From NCBI GenBank assembly GCA_965277805.1, contig OZ255842.1, forward strand, positions 1,824,001-1,888,000: a DNA stretch of 64,000 bases. Reading direction: 5' to 3'. This stretch comes from Candidatus Lustribacter sp. Its GTDB lineage: Bacteria; Vulcanimicrobiota; Vulcanimicrobiia; Vulcanimicrobiales; Vulcanimicrobiaceae. The notes below the pieces were generated by a model, which was not told where the DNA came from, ran no database searches, and saw only the letters and a program-made list of their open reading frames with translations. Of this stretch, positions 37,909-47,533 are shown one piece after another. The position numbers were made by a program, and so were the translations under genes. Each line of letters starts with the position of its first letter. Within the stretch, counting starts at the first letter, position 1.

Positions 37909-39368
37909 GCGACGACCTCGGCGCGATAGCGCGCGAGGAAGGCCCGCGCCGCTTCCTCGTGATCGAGGATCGGCGCGGGATATTGCCGCGCACCGAAGAG
38001 CGGCAGCGCGAGTTGCGGCTGCCGTTCCCCGCGCTCGAAGATCGTGGCATCGGGCAAACCCGCCAGCTCGGGGATCCAGCGCCGCACGTAACCGGCCGCC
38101 GGATCGAAGCGGTGCGCCTGTTTGACCGGGTTGTAGATGCGCGGATAAGCGGCGAGATCGGCACCAACTCCCGCGACCCACTGCCAGTTGGCCGTCGCCA
38201 GCGCCGGATCGTCTTCGATCAGGAAGCGGTCCCACTCATCGCGGCCGACGCGCCAATCGACGCCCAGATCGAAGCACAGGAACGACGCGCTGATCGCGCG
38301 CACGCGCGGATGCATCCGTCCCGTTGCGCGCAGTTCGCGCATCCCCGCGTCGACGAGCGGAAAACCGGTCGTGCCGCTGCGCCACGCATCGAGTTGCGGA
38401 TGCGTGCGCGCGAAGGCGAAGCGGCGCATCTTCTCTTGCAGCGGCGCATCGTCGAGCGCGTCGTTGTACCACCCGAGCTGCAGAAAGAAATCGCGTTGCG
38501 CGAGCGCGCGCAGCCACAGGCGCACCGCGGTCGTTTCTTCGCTGAGCAGAAACGGGTCGGTGGCGCGAGCGCAGGCTCCGCGCACCGCGCTGCGCGCCGA
38601 GATCAGGCCGAACGACAATTCGGCCGAGAGCTCCGATGTTGCGCCGGCGTCGGGTACGTTGCGCGCGATGCCGTAGCCGAGGATCGGGCCGTTGAGGAAC
38701 GCCGCGAGCTTCTCGGCGGCGGCGGCCGGCGAGACCCCGCCGGCATCGTCATCGCGTCCGCCGAATTCGGCCGCCACCGGCAATGCCTCGCTCGCCACCT
38801 CGACCCGCGAGAAATGGACCGGCGGCGGGGCGTCGACCGGAATGAGCGTTCGCCAGCGCTCGAAGTACGGCACGAACGCGCGCCAGCCGTCGCCGCTGCG
38901 GTGCGCGAGCGCGATGTCCTCGGGCGGCACGACCGGTGCATCGTGCACGGCGAGGACGCGAATCCCCGACTCCTCGAGCGCGGCCTGCACGTCGCGGTCA
39001 GCGCGGATCTCCTTGGCGTCGTAGCGGACGCTCCAGGCCACCGTTTCGGCACCGATCCCGCGGGCGAGCGAACGCAGCGTCGCGGCCGTCCCGCCCCGGC
39101 GCACGATCAGCCGGCCGCCGCGCGCCGCGATGGCCGCATCGAGCGCGGCAACCGCGGCGCAGTAGAAGGCCGCGCGCCGGGGTGATGCCCGCAGGCGGGC
39201 GGAGCGCACCGGATCGAGGACGAGCACGGGCACGACCTCGCCGTAGCGCGCGGCTTCGGCGAGCCCGAGGTGATCCTCAACGCGCAAATCGCGCGTGAAC
39301 GCGAAGAGCGTCTTCAGCGCGCGAACCGGCGGTCGATCATAAAGCCGCCGTTCTTCGCTTCGCCTCAA
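37905..39368 (-). CDS. Photolyase/cryptochrome family protein with atypical active site
   Basis: RDLRVEDH, TSELS..L.FG.IS, W..GTTGFPLVDAGMREL, WQWVAG.GAD, RIYNP..Q..RFDP..YVRRWIPEL; start uncertain. Confidence 0.9.
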   Translation of the reverse strand: MRRSEERRLYDRPPVRALKTLFAFTRDLRVEDHLGLAEAARYGEVVPVLVLDPVRSARLRASPRRAAFYCAAVAALDAAIAARGGRLIVRRGGTAATLRSLARGIGAETVAWSVRYDAKEIRADRDVQAALEESGIRVLAVHDAPVVPPEDIALAHRSGDGWRAFVPYFERWRTLIPVDAPPPVHFSRVEVASEALPVAAEFGGRDDDAGGVSPAAAAEKLAAFLNGPILGYGIARNVPDAGATSELSAELSFGLISARSAVRGACARATDPFLLSEETTAVRLWLRALAQRDFFLQLGWYNDALDDAPLQEKMRRFAFARTHPQLDAWRSGTTGFPLVDAGMRELRATGRMHPRVRAISASFLCFDLGVDWRVGRDEWDRFLIEDDPALATANWQWVAGVGADLAAYPRIYNPVKQAHRFDPAAGYVRRWIPELAGLPDATIFERGERQPQLALPLFGARQYPAPILDHEEAARAFLARYRAEVVA

Positions 39369-39454
39369 AGCTTCCTTTGCTAGGCGGGACGCCCCGGCTC
39401 ACAATCTCCGCACGGTAAGAGGAGAACCGTAAAATTCTTGTTCAATTCTCTCGC

Positions 39455-39946
39455 GTGCCTCACATTGCTCTGCGCGCGTGCACGACGCGCGACGTGACGC
39501 GGCTCGTGAACGACGGTGTGCTCACGGGCGCGCTCCCCGGTGGGGAGAGCTGGCCCAGCCGCGCCGCCCAGTGGCTGGAAGAAATGAAGGAAGGCCGCCG
39601 GCTCGTCATGATCGCCGAATTCGACGGCAAGACAGTGGGCATGGGCCAACTGATCTTCAAGTTCGCAAACGGCTACCAAGATCCGGAGGCCGCCAACGGC
39701 GCGGAGATCGCAATGATCGATTCGATCCGCATGCGCCCCGATGCGCCGGCAAATCTCTCCACGCACATCATCTCCGAACTCGAAAAGTACGCGAAGAAAA
39801 CGAAGCGCATCAAAATCCTCACGTTCCTCGTCCCGATGGACAACAACCGCGCGCTCAACCAAGTGAAGAGCTGGGGCTTCGAAGAATTCCGCATCATGCC
39901 CGAAGGCGCGAAGTTGCTCGCGTTCTTCCGCAAACGCATCGCGTGA
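39455..39946 (+). CDS. GNAT-fold protein with degenerate acetyl-CoA motif A
   Basis: IAEFDGKTVG, L.V..DN.RA....WGF; codon usage looks like a real gene. Confidence 0.6.
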   Translation: MPHIALRACTTRDVTRLVNDGVLTGALPGGESWPSRAAQWLEEMKEGRRLVMIAEFDGKTVGMGQLIFKFANGYQDPEAANGAEIAMIDSIRMRPDAPANLSTHIISELEKYAKKTKRIKILTFLVPMDNNRALNQVKSWGFEEFRIMPEGAKLLAFFRKRIA

Positions 39947-40083
39947 GGATATCGAGCTGTTTGCGAAACGTGTCGGAGATCGAGAGCTCCGTCGTGCGGC
40001 CGCCCATGACGGATGCGAGGACGATGCGCCCGCCGAAACGCACGGCGTCGACTGCGAGCGTTACCATCGCCGGACCGCCGGCG

Positions 40084-40887
40084 TTATCGAGCGAGCTTTT
40101 CAAACTCCACGTTGTCCGGTGCGGCCACGACGTCGATCGTATCGACGGTGAAATCACCCTGCGGCGTGATCTCGAAATAGTTCACGGCCTCGTGCGACAC
40201 CGTTTGCTGCAGCGACCGGATGGCATCGGTTCGCACGCGCGGCGTGTTCATGCGCTCGATCCACGACGCAAACTCCAGATGCAGGCGGCGCATGACGGTG
40301 CGTTCGATCCGGAAGCCCGCCTGCGCGAGCAATTGTTCCCACTCGCGCGGCGAGTAGTCGCGCACGTGCGAGGGATCCCGGAACACCTCGATCGCCTGCA
40401 AGAACGTATCGAGCACCGGGCGTGCCGGCGCGGCAACGTCGATGAACACCGCGCGACCCGAATCGCGCAGCACGCGCCGCGCTTCGGCGAGGCCTTGCGC
40501 AACGTCGTCCCAATGATGCGCGCTGTACCGCGTCAGCACGAGATCGAACGACGCATCGTCGAACGGCAGCGACGTCACGGAGCCGGCGACGGTTGTAACA
40601 TTGCCGAGCCCGCGCTCCTTCGCAACCGAGGCGACGGTCGCTAACATTTCGGTCGAAAGATCGTAGGCCACGACGCCGGCAACATGCGGAGCAACCGAAA
40701 AGCTGACGTGCCCGCCCCCGCAGCCGAGATCGAGTACGCGCACGGGGCCGGCCGCCGCAGCCATCGTGGCGAGCTGCTGCAAATCTTCGCCTTGCGAATG
40801 CACGGTGCTCGCAACGTACTGCGTGCTGCGGCTACCGAATTGCGCGACGATCAGCGCGTCTTGCGTGCCGGCTTCGTTTTGATCCAC
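40084..40887 (-). CDS. Class I SAM-dependent methyltransferase (YafE/YcgJ-like)
   Basis: VLDLGCGGGH, DLSTEML, LPFDDASFD, RYSAHHW, RDPSHVRDY. Confidence 0.9.
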   Translation of the reverse strand: MDQNEAGTQDALIVAQFGSRSTQYVASTVHSQGEDLQQLATMAAAAGPVRVLDLGCGGGHVSFSVAPHVAGVVAYDLSTEMLATVASVAKERGLGNVTTVAGSVTSLPFDDASFDLVLTRYSAHHWDDVAQGLAEARRVLRDSGRAVFIDVAAPARPVLDTFLQAIEVFRDPSHVRDYSPREWEQLLAQAGFRIERTVMRRLHLEFASWIERMNTPRVRTDAIRSLQQTVSHEAVNYFEITPQGDFTVDTIDVVAAPDNVEFEKLAR

Positions 40888-40915
40888 GCGATCCGATTCT
40901 GCGCCTACCCCCCGT

Positions 40916-40938
40916 GTCATCCCGAGCTTGTCGAGGGA
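40916..40938 (+). repeat. REP-like palindromic element, copy 1
   Basis: GTCATCCCGAGCTTGTCGAGGGA; matches the reverse complement at 54702-54724 (20/23). Confidence 0.7.
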
Positions 40939-41018
40939 CAGCCTCTCACCGTAAAGTGGGCGGCATCACGCAACAAAGGGCGGCTTTGGGTACGTTCCTC
41001 CGGTAGAGGTAAACGGCC

Positions 41019-41231
41019 ATGAACATCTTCGATACGGCACAATGGCGCGAATTCGAGAGCGAACAATGGCATCAAGCAGTGCGCAACCGCGGCCTAGAAC
41101 TGCGCTCCCTCGACGTGGATGAACGCGGCCTCGTCTTCGACGCCATCACGACCGACCTCGAACGCCGCAAACGCGCGCGCGAGGCGGCCGAGACGCCGAC
41201 GATTCACCCGTCGCTGACCGACTGTCCTTAG
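41019..41231 (+). CDS. Small hypothetical protein (70 aa)
   Basis: SD-like AGAGGT upstream; fills the gap convergent with moaA. Confidence 0.55.
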   Translation: MNIFDTAQWREFESEQWHQAVRNRGLELRSLDVDERGLVFDAITTDLERRKRAREAAETPTIHPSLTDCP

Positions 41232-42244
41232 CCGCCGATTTCGCTTAGGGCGCGCATGGCGCTGGCGGTTTGGCCGATGTCGAGGTGGTGCCGTTCGGGT
41301 TTGACGTACATCGAGCCGCGCAGGATTGCGATAAGGGCTTCTTCGCCGGCGCGATCGCGGACCGGCGTGCGCAGATCGATGAAGTGATCGCCGAAGAGGC
41401 ACAGCTTCAGGCGGCCGTCTGCGGAGAGGCGCACGCGGTTGCACGTATCGCAGTAGTCATGCGAGAGCGGTGAGATTACGCCGACGCTGCCGGCCGCGCC
41501 GTCGAAGGCGTAGTAGCGCGCGGGGCCGTTGCCCTTCGGGCCCTCGACCGGCTGCAGGTCGCCGTTCGTCCGAATGCGCTCGAGGATCTCGGTCGCGCTG
41601 ATGTACTGGTTCTCATGGCCGTCCACGTTTTCGTGCACGGGCATCACCTCGATAAAGCGCACGGCAACGGCGCGATCGCGCGTCATCTCCGCGAAGGCTT
41701 GCACTTCATCGTCATTCTGACCGCGCATCACGACGCAGTTGAGCTTGATCGGACCGAGGCCTGCGGCGAAGGCCGCGTCGATGCCCGCAAGCACGCGCTG
41801 CAATCCCGGCCGGCGCGCGATCGCTTCGAAGCGATCCTCACGCAGCGTATCGAGGGAAATGTTCGCGCGCGTGAGGCCCGCGTCGACCAAGCCTTGCACT
41901 TGCTCCGCCAGCAGCAGGCCGTTGGTCGAGAGCGCGATGTCATCGATGCCGGGAATCGCGGACAGCATCGCGACGAGGCGCTTGAGGTCCTTGCGGATCA
42001 GCGGCTCGCCGCCGGTAAGGCGAATGCTGCGCACGCCGACCTTGGCCGCGGCGCGCACGATCTCGGCAATCTCCTCATAGGTGAGGATCTCGCGCTTGTC
42101 GATCCACGGCAAGCCCTCTTCGGGCATGCAGTAGACGCAGCGCAGATTGCAGCGATCCGTCACCGAGATGCGGAGATAGGTAATCGGCCGATGGAAGGCG
42201 TCGGCGAGCTGCGGCTCCGTCGGCCTCGCAATCAAATCGATCAT
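41228..42244 (-). CDS. moaA: GTP 3',8-cyclase MoaA
   Basis: YLRISVTDRCNLRCVYCMP, LTGGEP, CDTCNRVR..KLCL, C-terminal IGG. Confidence 0.97.
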   Translation of the reverse strand: MIDLIARPTEPQLADAFHRPITYLRISVTDRCNLRCVYCMPEEGLPWIDKREILTYEEIAEIVRAAAKVGVRSIRLTGGEPLIRKDLKRLVAMLSAIPGIDDIALSTNGLLLAEQVQGLVDAGLTRANISLDTLREDRFEAIARRPGLQRVLAGIDAAFAAGLGPIKLNCVVMRGQNDDEVQAFAEMTRDRAVAVRFIEVMPVHENVDGHENQYISATEILERIRTNGDLQPVEGPKGNGPARYYAFDGAAGSVGVISPLSHDYCDTCNRVRLSADGRLKLCLFGDHFIDLRTPVRDRAGEEALIAILRGSMYVKPERHHLDIGQTASAMRALSEIGG

Positions 42245-42317
42245 TTAGCCAGCGACCTTAGACTTGAGGGCGGCTCGGCCCTCGGGCCGAACGCAACGGA
42301 CTCGCGGAACTCGAGTC

Positions 42318-42953
42318 CTAGTCCGTCGCGAAGACGCCTTGGTCGATCGGCACGTTCAACTTGTAGTTGGAGAACGAAGAGGCCACGTCGGCATGATACG
42401 ACGGCAGATCGACCTTGCCGGTCTGCGATTTGATCACGTAGTTGCCGTTCAACACGGCGTAGGTCTGCTGAAACGAGATGGTCCCTCCATCTTTATAGAT
42501 GTAGGCCATCGAGGTGACCGTTGCGGTCCGGTCGTCCACCGAAACATCGACATGGTCGACCCGGCCGTTGACCTTACGCACCAGCCGGAACTTGGCCGTC
42601 GTCCCATCGTCGGCAACCGGGGTCACGTCGTAGACCGCAGGCCACTCGGACGGGGGCTCCAGCTGCGGGTAAACCTTCTTGAATTGGCTGGCGAGCGCTG
42701 GGACGGTATCGAAGACGACCGCGTTCTTGTCCGGCTGCTCGAAGTAGGCTTTGCCGTCGAGCGAGGGGCTGATGAACGGGAAGCCGTGCGTCGTTACGTC
42801 GACGTGCAGGTCGGCTTGATATGACTTCAGGGCCGCATTGACGCGCTGCATCCGGGCATAGACGGCGTTTCCGTCCGCGCCCGGGGCGTCGGCAGCAATA
42901 GAACCGGCGATTAGGGCGGCGGCGAGGGTCAGGCGGAAAAACACGGCAATCAT
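42318..42953 (-). CDS. Secreted LolA-like-fold protein
   Basis: Signal peptide, SYQA, GKAYFEQPDK, C-terminal FSNYKLNVPIDQGVF. Confidence 0.55.
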   Translation of the reverse strand: MIAVFFRLTLAAALIAGSIAADAPGADGNAVYARMQRVNAALKSYQADLHVDVTTHGFPFISPSLDGKAYFEQPDKNAVVFDTVPALASQFKKVYPQLEPPSEWPAVYDVTPVADDGTTAKFRLVRKVNGRVDHVDVSVDDRTATVTSMAYIYKDGGTISFQQTYAVLNGNYVIKSQTGKVDLPSYHADVASSFSNYKLNVPIDQGVFATD

Positions 42954-42958
42954 CGCGA

Positions 42959-44092
42959 CTATCCTACCCGAGGCGACTGAGAATGGCATAGCACGGCGGC
43001 TTGGATTTCATCCAGCGCCAACGCGTCTGTCTCGGTCTCCAGGCGACCGCGCAGGGCGGCCAAGGCGCGCGGCGACCCGATGCGTCCCAGCGCCCAGGCG
43101 GCGTGGCCGCGGACCAGCGGATGCGGGTCCCCGGCGAGCGCTTCTTCGAGCACCGGCACATCGGCGCGGTCGAGCAGGTTGCCCATCGCCACTGCCGCGT
43201 TGCGCCGCAGCACCGCGCTGCCCCGCCAGCCGATCGCCGTGCGCGCGTAGCGGCGCTTGAACTCGCCGCTCTTCAACCGCAACAACGCGGCGAGCGACGG
43301 GGCACGCGTTTCGGCATCGAGCGGCACGAAGGCACCGGCCGTGCGCGGCGCGCGGCTCGTCGGCGGACACGCCTCCTGGCAGAGATCGCACCCCCACACC
43401 CAGGTCCCGATCAGCGGACGCAACTCGCGCGGGATCGGCCCGGAGCGCTGGGTGAGATCGGAGATACAGCGCGTCGCGTCGATCGTGTAATCGCCGCGCA
43501 GCGCGCCGGTCGGACATGCCGTCACGCAGCGCGCACACGCGCCGCAGCTCTTCTTCAGCGGCGCGTCGGGCGCAAGGTCAAGCGACGTCACCACTTCGCC
43601 GAGGAACACGTACGAGCCGAGGCCGGGAGCGATCAGGTTCGTGTGTTTGCCGATCCAGCCGATGCCGGCGCGTTCGGCGAACGCGCGCTCGGCGACGGGT
43701 GCGGTGTCGCACGCAATCGCGGTCGTCGCGCCCAGGCCTTCCAGCTCGCGCGCGAGCGCGGCCAGCAGTTCGCGCATCCGCCGGTGGTAGTCGTCCGACC
43801 AGGCGTAATTCGAGACGCGTCCGCGGCCGGCGCGCTGCGCTTCGCCCGGCGTCGCGTAGGCGACCGCAACGCACACGACGCTGCGCGCCGCGGCCAAGAG
43901 CGTTCGCGGGTCGGCCGCTTTCGCCGCGTAGCGTTCGTCGTAGGGCCACGTCTGCAGATCGCCGCGTTCGAACGATGCGTTCATCCGCTCGTGCGTCCAG
44001 GCTTGCGGATCGGCCGGCGCGATGCGCACGGCGTCGGCGCCACACTTGCGAGCTGCGGCCAGCACGCCGGCACGCAACCCGACGGCGGTCAT
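42959..44092 (-). CDS. queG: Epoxyqueuosine reductase QueG
   Basis: YAWSDDYH, AGIGWIGKH, CGACARCVTACPTGA, GCDLCQEACP, HEAT-like C-terminus. Confidence 0.95.
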   Translation of the reverse strand: MTAVGLRAGVLAAARKCGADAVRIAPADPQAWTHERMNASFERGDLQTWPYDERYAAKAADPRTLLAAARSVVCVAVAYATPGEAQRAGRGRVSNYAWSDDYHRRMRELLAALARELEGLGATTAIACDTAPVAERAFAERAGIGWIGKHTNLIAPGLGSYVFLGEVVTSLDLAPDAPLKKSCGACARCVTACPTGALRGDYTIDATRCISDLTQRSGPIPRELRPLIGTWVWGCDLCQEACPPTSRAPRTAGAFVPLDAETRAPSLAALLRLKSGEFKRRYARTAIGWRGSAVLRRNAAVAMGNLLDRADVPVLEEALAGDPHPLVRGHAAWALGRIGSPRALAALRGRLETETDALALDEIQAAVLCHSQSPRVG

Positions 44093-44937
44093 AGCGTCGG
44101 CAAGCCGCCGCGCCGGCGCCGGGCGGGAAAGGCCCGGTCGATCGCCGCGATCTCGTCGTCCGTCAAGCGAAAATTGCCGCCGGCCGCGTTGTCGGCCACG
44201 TGCGCGAAGTTCGACGCTTTCGGAATCGCAAACGACAAGTCGTCGCGAGTGAGGAACGCGAGGATCACCGCGTGCGCGCTGACGTTGTGCGCCTTACCGA
44301 TGTGCTCGAGTTCTCTTGCGCCGGGCGTGCCGCGCCACTCGCCGCGTCCGAACGGCGTGTACGCCACCGTCGCGATCCCCGCTTCTTTGCAGAACGGGAT
44401 CTCGTGCGCTTCGACCGATCGTTCGCCCAAGTGATACAGCACTTGGTTACAGGCGATCCGCTCGCGCTTGAGCGCAGCTTGCGCTTCTTGCAGATCGGGA
44501 ACGCTGAAATTGCTCACGCCGAGCGCGCGAATGTCGCCGTTGGCGACGAGGTATTCGAACGCGCGCATCGTTTCGGCGATCGGAAAGCTGCCGGGCCAGT
44601 GCAAGAGATAGCCGTCGAGGTATTCGACGCCCATCCGCTGCATCGACGCATGGCACGCCTTGATCGTGCCGTCGTAGGACGCATTCGACGGCAGCACTTT
44701 GGAGACGAGAAAAAGCTGCTCGCGCGGCAAGCCCGCAATCGCCTCGCCCACCAGCGACTCGGCGCCGCCGTCGCCGTACATCTCGGCGGTATCGATGTGC
44801 ACCATGCCGAGCTTGACGCCGTCGCGCAGCGCACCGATCGCTTCGTCGCGCGCTTGGCCGCGGAGCGGCACGTTCCAGGTGCCCTGGCCGATGATCGGTA
44901 CGGACGGGAAGCCCGTACCGAATTCGCGCGCGATCAT
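44089..44937 (-). CDS. Aldo/keto reductase
   Basis: IGQGTW, IDTAEMYG, YLLHWP, GVSNF, AIPKAS. Confidence 0.93.
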   Translation of the reverse strand: MIAREFGTGFPSVPIIGQGTWNVPLRGQARDEAIGALRDGVKLGMVHIDTAEMYGDGGAESLVGEAIAGLPREQLFLVSKVLPSNASYDGTIKACHASMQRMGVEYLDGYLLHWPGSFPIAETMRAFEYLVANGDIRALGVSNFSVPDLQEAQAALKRERIACNQVLYHLGERSVEAHEIPFCKEAGIATVAYTPFGRGEWRGTPGARELEHIGKAHNVSAHAVILAFLTRDDLSFAIPKASNFAHVADNAAGGNFRLTDDEIAAIDRAFPARRRRGGLPTL

Positions 44938-45245
44938 TCGAAGACGTATTGCATGCGCGCCGACTCTTCGCGATACGGCGAGATGTAGGTCTTGACGATC
45001 ATCTTGTGGTGTTCGCGGCCCATGTACGTGCGAAAGTCCGCTTCGTTGTCGAAATCGAGCACGATCGCGAAATCCATGTTCTTGAAGTTGGCCGCTTCGA
45101 GCCCGAGCTTCGCGTCGCGGTGCACGCCCATCTTGCGGATCTCTGGAAAACGCTGCGGGAAGTCGGCAAGCATCTCGAACACCTTGTCGATCGCTTCGGG
45201 CGGCGTGCCGGCCTTCCAGCGGTTGAAATGGATGTGGCGTATCAT
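44934..45245 (-). CDS. Dabb (stress-responsive A/B barrel) protein
   Basis: MIRHI.F..WK, DFA...DF......Y...H. Confidence 0.8.
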   Translation of the reverse strand: MIRHIHFNRWKAGTPPEAIDKVFEMLADFPQRFPEIRKMGVHRDAKLGLEAANFKNMDFAIVLDFDNEADFRTYMGREHHKMIVKTYISPYREESARMQYVFE

Positions 45246-45261
45246 TCCGGGCTCCGTTTCA

Positions 45262-46389
45262 TCAGAAGATGTCGAACGTGGCGTCGAGGGCGGCGTAGGC
45301 GAGTAGGCCGTCGCGCAGGTGACGCACGCCGCCGAAGCCGGCGTCACGCAGGCGCCGGGCGGCCCAGCGCGATTTTACCCCGACGCGGCAGGCGACGACG
45401 TAGTGCGCGGTCGGATCCAGTTCGTGCAGACGGGCTTCGAGTTCGCTCGCCGGCATCGAGATCGTACCCACGGGCGCGCCGAGCACCGCTTCATGCGGTT
45501 CGCGCACGTCGAGCAAGCGCGCTTGCGGGTCGCGCGCCAGCAGTGCGTCAAGGTCGGTCGCGGCAATCTCCGCATCGGCCGGATCGGCGGCGGCAGGCGG
45601 CGCTTCTGCCGAGACGTCGTGGATCGCCGGTGCGTCGCCGCAGACGGGACACGCCGGATCGCGCGCGAGGCGCACTTCGCGCACGCGCGCGTCGAGTGCG
45701 TCGACGAGCATCAGGCGGCCGATCAGCGGCGTGCCGATGCCGAGCACAAGCTTGAGCGCCTCCGAGGCTTGCCACGTGCCGATGATCCCGGCCAGCACGC
45801 CGAGCACGCCGCCTTCGGCGCAATTGGGCACGAGTTCCGGCGGCGGCGGTTCGGGATACAAACAGCGATAGCACGGTCCGCCCTTCGTAGCGAACACCGA
45901 GACTTGGCCGTCGAACCGGAAGATCGAACCATAAACGTCGGGCTTACCTTCGAGCACGCAGGCGTCGTTGATGAGATAGCGCGCGGCAAACGTGTCGGTG
46001 CCGTCGACGACGACATCATAGAGACGCACGATCTCGCGCGCGTTACTCGCATCGAGCCGCACCGGCAGGACATCGAGCGCGATCTGCGGGTTGAGCGCGT
46101 GCAAACGTTCGGCCGCCGTCGCGGCCTTCGATTTGCCGACGTCGGCAGTGTCGTAGAGAATCTGGCGCTGCAAGTTCGTCACGTCGACCGCATCGTCGTC
46201 GACGATGCCGATCCGTCCGACGCCGGCCGCGGCGAGATACGCCAGCACCGGCGACCCGAGACCGCCCGCGCCGACCACGAGCACGCGCGCGGCGGCGAGC
46301 CTTTCCTGTCCGGCGAGCCCGACTTCGGGAATGAGCAAGTGGCGGCTATAGCGCCGCAGATCCGTCTTGCCCGCCAGCGACGGGGTCAT
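45262..46389 (-). CDS. moeB: Molybdopterin-synthase adenylyltransferase MoeB with rhodanese domain
   Basis: RYSRHL, VGAGGLGSP, NLQRQ, CYRC, CAEGGVLG, CPVC, LLDVRE..CRVG. Confidence 0.93.
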   Translation of the reverse strand: MTPSLAGKTDLRRYSRHLLIPEVGLAGQERLAAARVLVVGAGGLGSPVLAYLAAAGVGRIGIVDDDAVDVTNLQRQILYDTADVGKSKAATAAERLHALNPQIALDVLPVRLDASNAREIVRLYDVVVDGTDTFAARYLINDACVLEGKPDVYGSIFRFDGQVSVFATKGGPCYRCLYPEPPPPELVPNCAEGGVLGVLAGIIGTWQASEALKLVLGIGTPLIGRLMLVDALDARVREVRLARDPACPVCGDAPAIHDVSAEAPPAAADPADAEIAATDLDALLARDPQARLLDVREPHEAVLGAPVGTISMPASELEARLHELDPTAHYVVACRVGVKSRWAARRLRDAGFGGVRHLRDGLLAYAALDATFDIF

Positions 46390-47114
46390 CAGACGGCGAC
46401 CCGCACGTGGCGTTCGTTGAGCCACGCCAGCACGGCCGAGCGCGAGTTATCGCCGGCGAAGGTGTGATCGCTTGCGACCGTAGCGAACGTCTTCGGATCG
46501 GGCGCGCGCTCGAATAATTCCTCGACGCTGGATCGCGCGACCATGCCGTCGCGTTCGGCCGCGATGTAGAGCTGCGGCCGGCCGGCGAGCTTCGGCAGTG
46601 CTGCATCGAGCAGCGGCTGCCACTGCGTCGCCACCTCCGGCAACGCGAGCCCGTCGACGTACGACGAACGCAGATCGACGACGCCGCCGCGCGCCAGCGC
46701 GTTGAGCGCTTGCGGGCGGCCGTAACCGGTGGCGATGGAGATGACGCCGTCGATCGTCGGGTCGTCACCGGCCGTGCATAGCGCGGTCGTCGCGCCCATG
46801 CTATGGCCCATCACATACAGCGTGCCCGCCCCACGTTTGCGCGCTTCGGCGACGACCGCGTGCATCGCGGCGGTGAGATCGGTCGCGGCGTTGAGCCGTC
46901 CGCCGCTCGAACCGAGTTTGTGGCCGGGAAAGTCGAGCGAGTAGATCGTGAATCCGTGCCCGGAGAGAAACGAGCACAGCATGTCGAGGTTCTGCTTTGA
47001 ACTCGAGTAGCCGTGGCCGGCGACCAGCGTCACGCCGCGCGGCCGGCGCGCTTCGTAGCCCAGCACGGCCACCGAATTCGTCCCGGCATCGACGCGGAAC
47101 AACTCGACGTTCAT
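46389..47114 (-). CDS. Alpha/beta hydrolase
   Basis: HGY, DFPGH, GHSMG nucleophile elbow, D..DH. Confidence 0.85.
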   Translation of the reverse strand: MNVELFRVDAGTNSVAVLGYEARRPRGVTLVAGHGYSSSKQNLDMLCSFLSGHGFTIYSLDFPGHKLGSSGGRLNAATDLTAAMHAVVAEARKRGAGTLYVMGHSMGATTALCTAGDDPTIDGVISIATGYGRPQALNALARGGVVDLRSSYVDGLALPEVATQWQPLLDAALPKLAGRPQLYIAAERDGMVARSSVEELFERAPDPKTFATVASDHTFAGDNSRSAVLAWLNERHVRVAV

Positions 47115-47533
47115 GGCGGCGTGTTGGCGATCCAGGCCGTCTCGCCGTCGCGATAGGTCTCGCGCTTCCAGATCGGTGCGTTGGCCTTGAGCGTATCGAT
47201 CGCGAACTCGCACGCATCGAAAGCCGCGCCGCGGTGCGGCGATCCAACCGCGACCGCAACGCTCGCTTCACCGAGCGCAACGCGGCCGGTGCGATGGCAG
47301 ATCGCGATCTCGAGCGGTCCAAAACGCTCGCGCGCCTGGGCGGCAATGGCTTCGAAATCCGCCTTCGCCAGTTCGAGATAGGCTTCGTAGTCGAGCGCTT
47401 CAACCGGGCGATCGTCGCCGGGCGACGTCTCGCGCGTGGTGCCGAGAAAGCTGCAAATGGCACCGTGCGCGGGACTGCTCACCGCGGCGATCATGGCGGC
47501 CAGATCGATGGGCTCGGGGCCGATGCGGATCAT
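47111..47533 (-). CDS. moaE: Molybdopterin synthase catalytic subunit MoaE
   Basis: GAICSFLGTTR, LDYEAY, HRTG, SPHR, PIWKRE. Confidence 0.95.
   Translation of the reverse strand: MIRIGPEPIDLAAMIAAVSSPAHGAICSFLGTTRETSPGDDRPVEALDYEAYLELAKADFEAIAAQARERFGPLEIAICHRTGRVALGEASVAVAVGSPHRGAAFDACEFAIDTLKANAPIWKRETYRDGETAWIANTPP

Noticed and set aside
42234-42260. sigma28-like TAAGGTC-N12-ATCGATTT at the moaA start
   Set aside because: The -10 is poor and falls inside the first moaA codons, so it could not produce a full transcript
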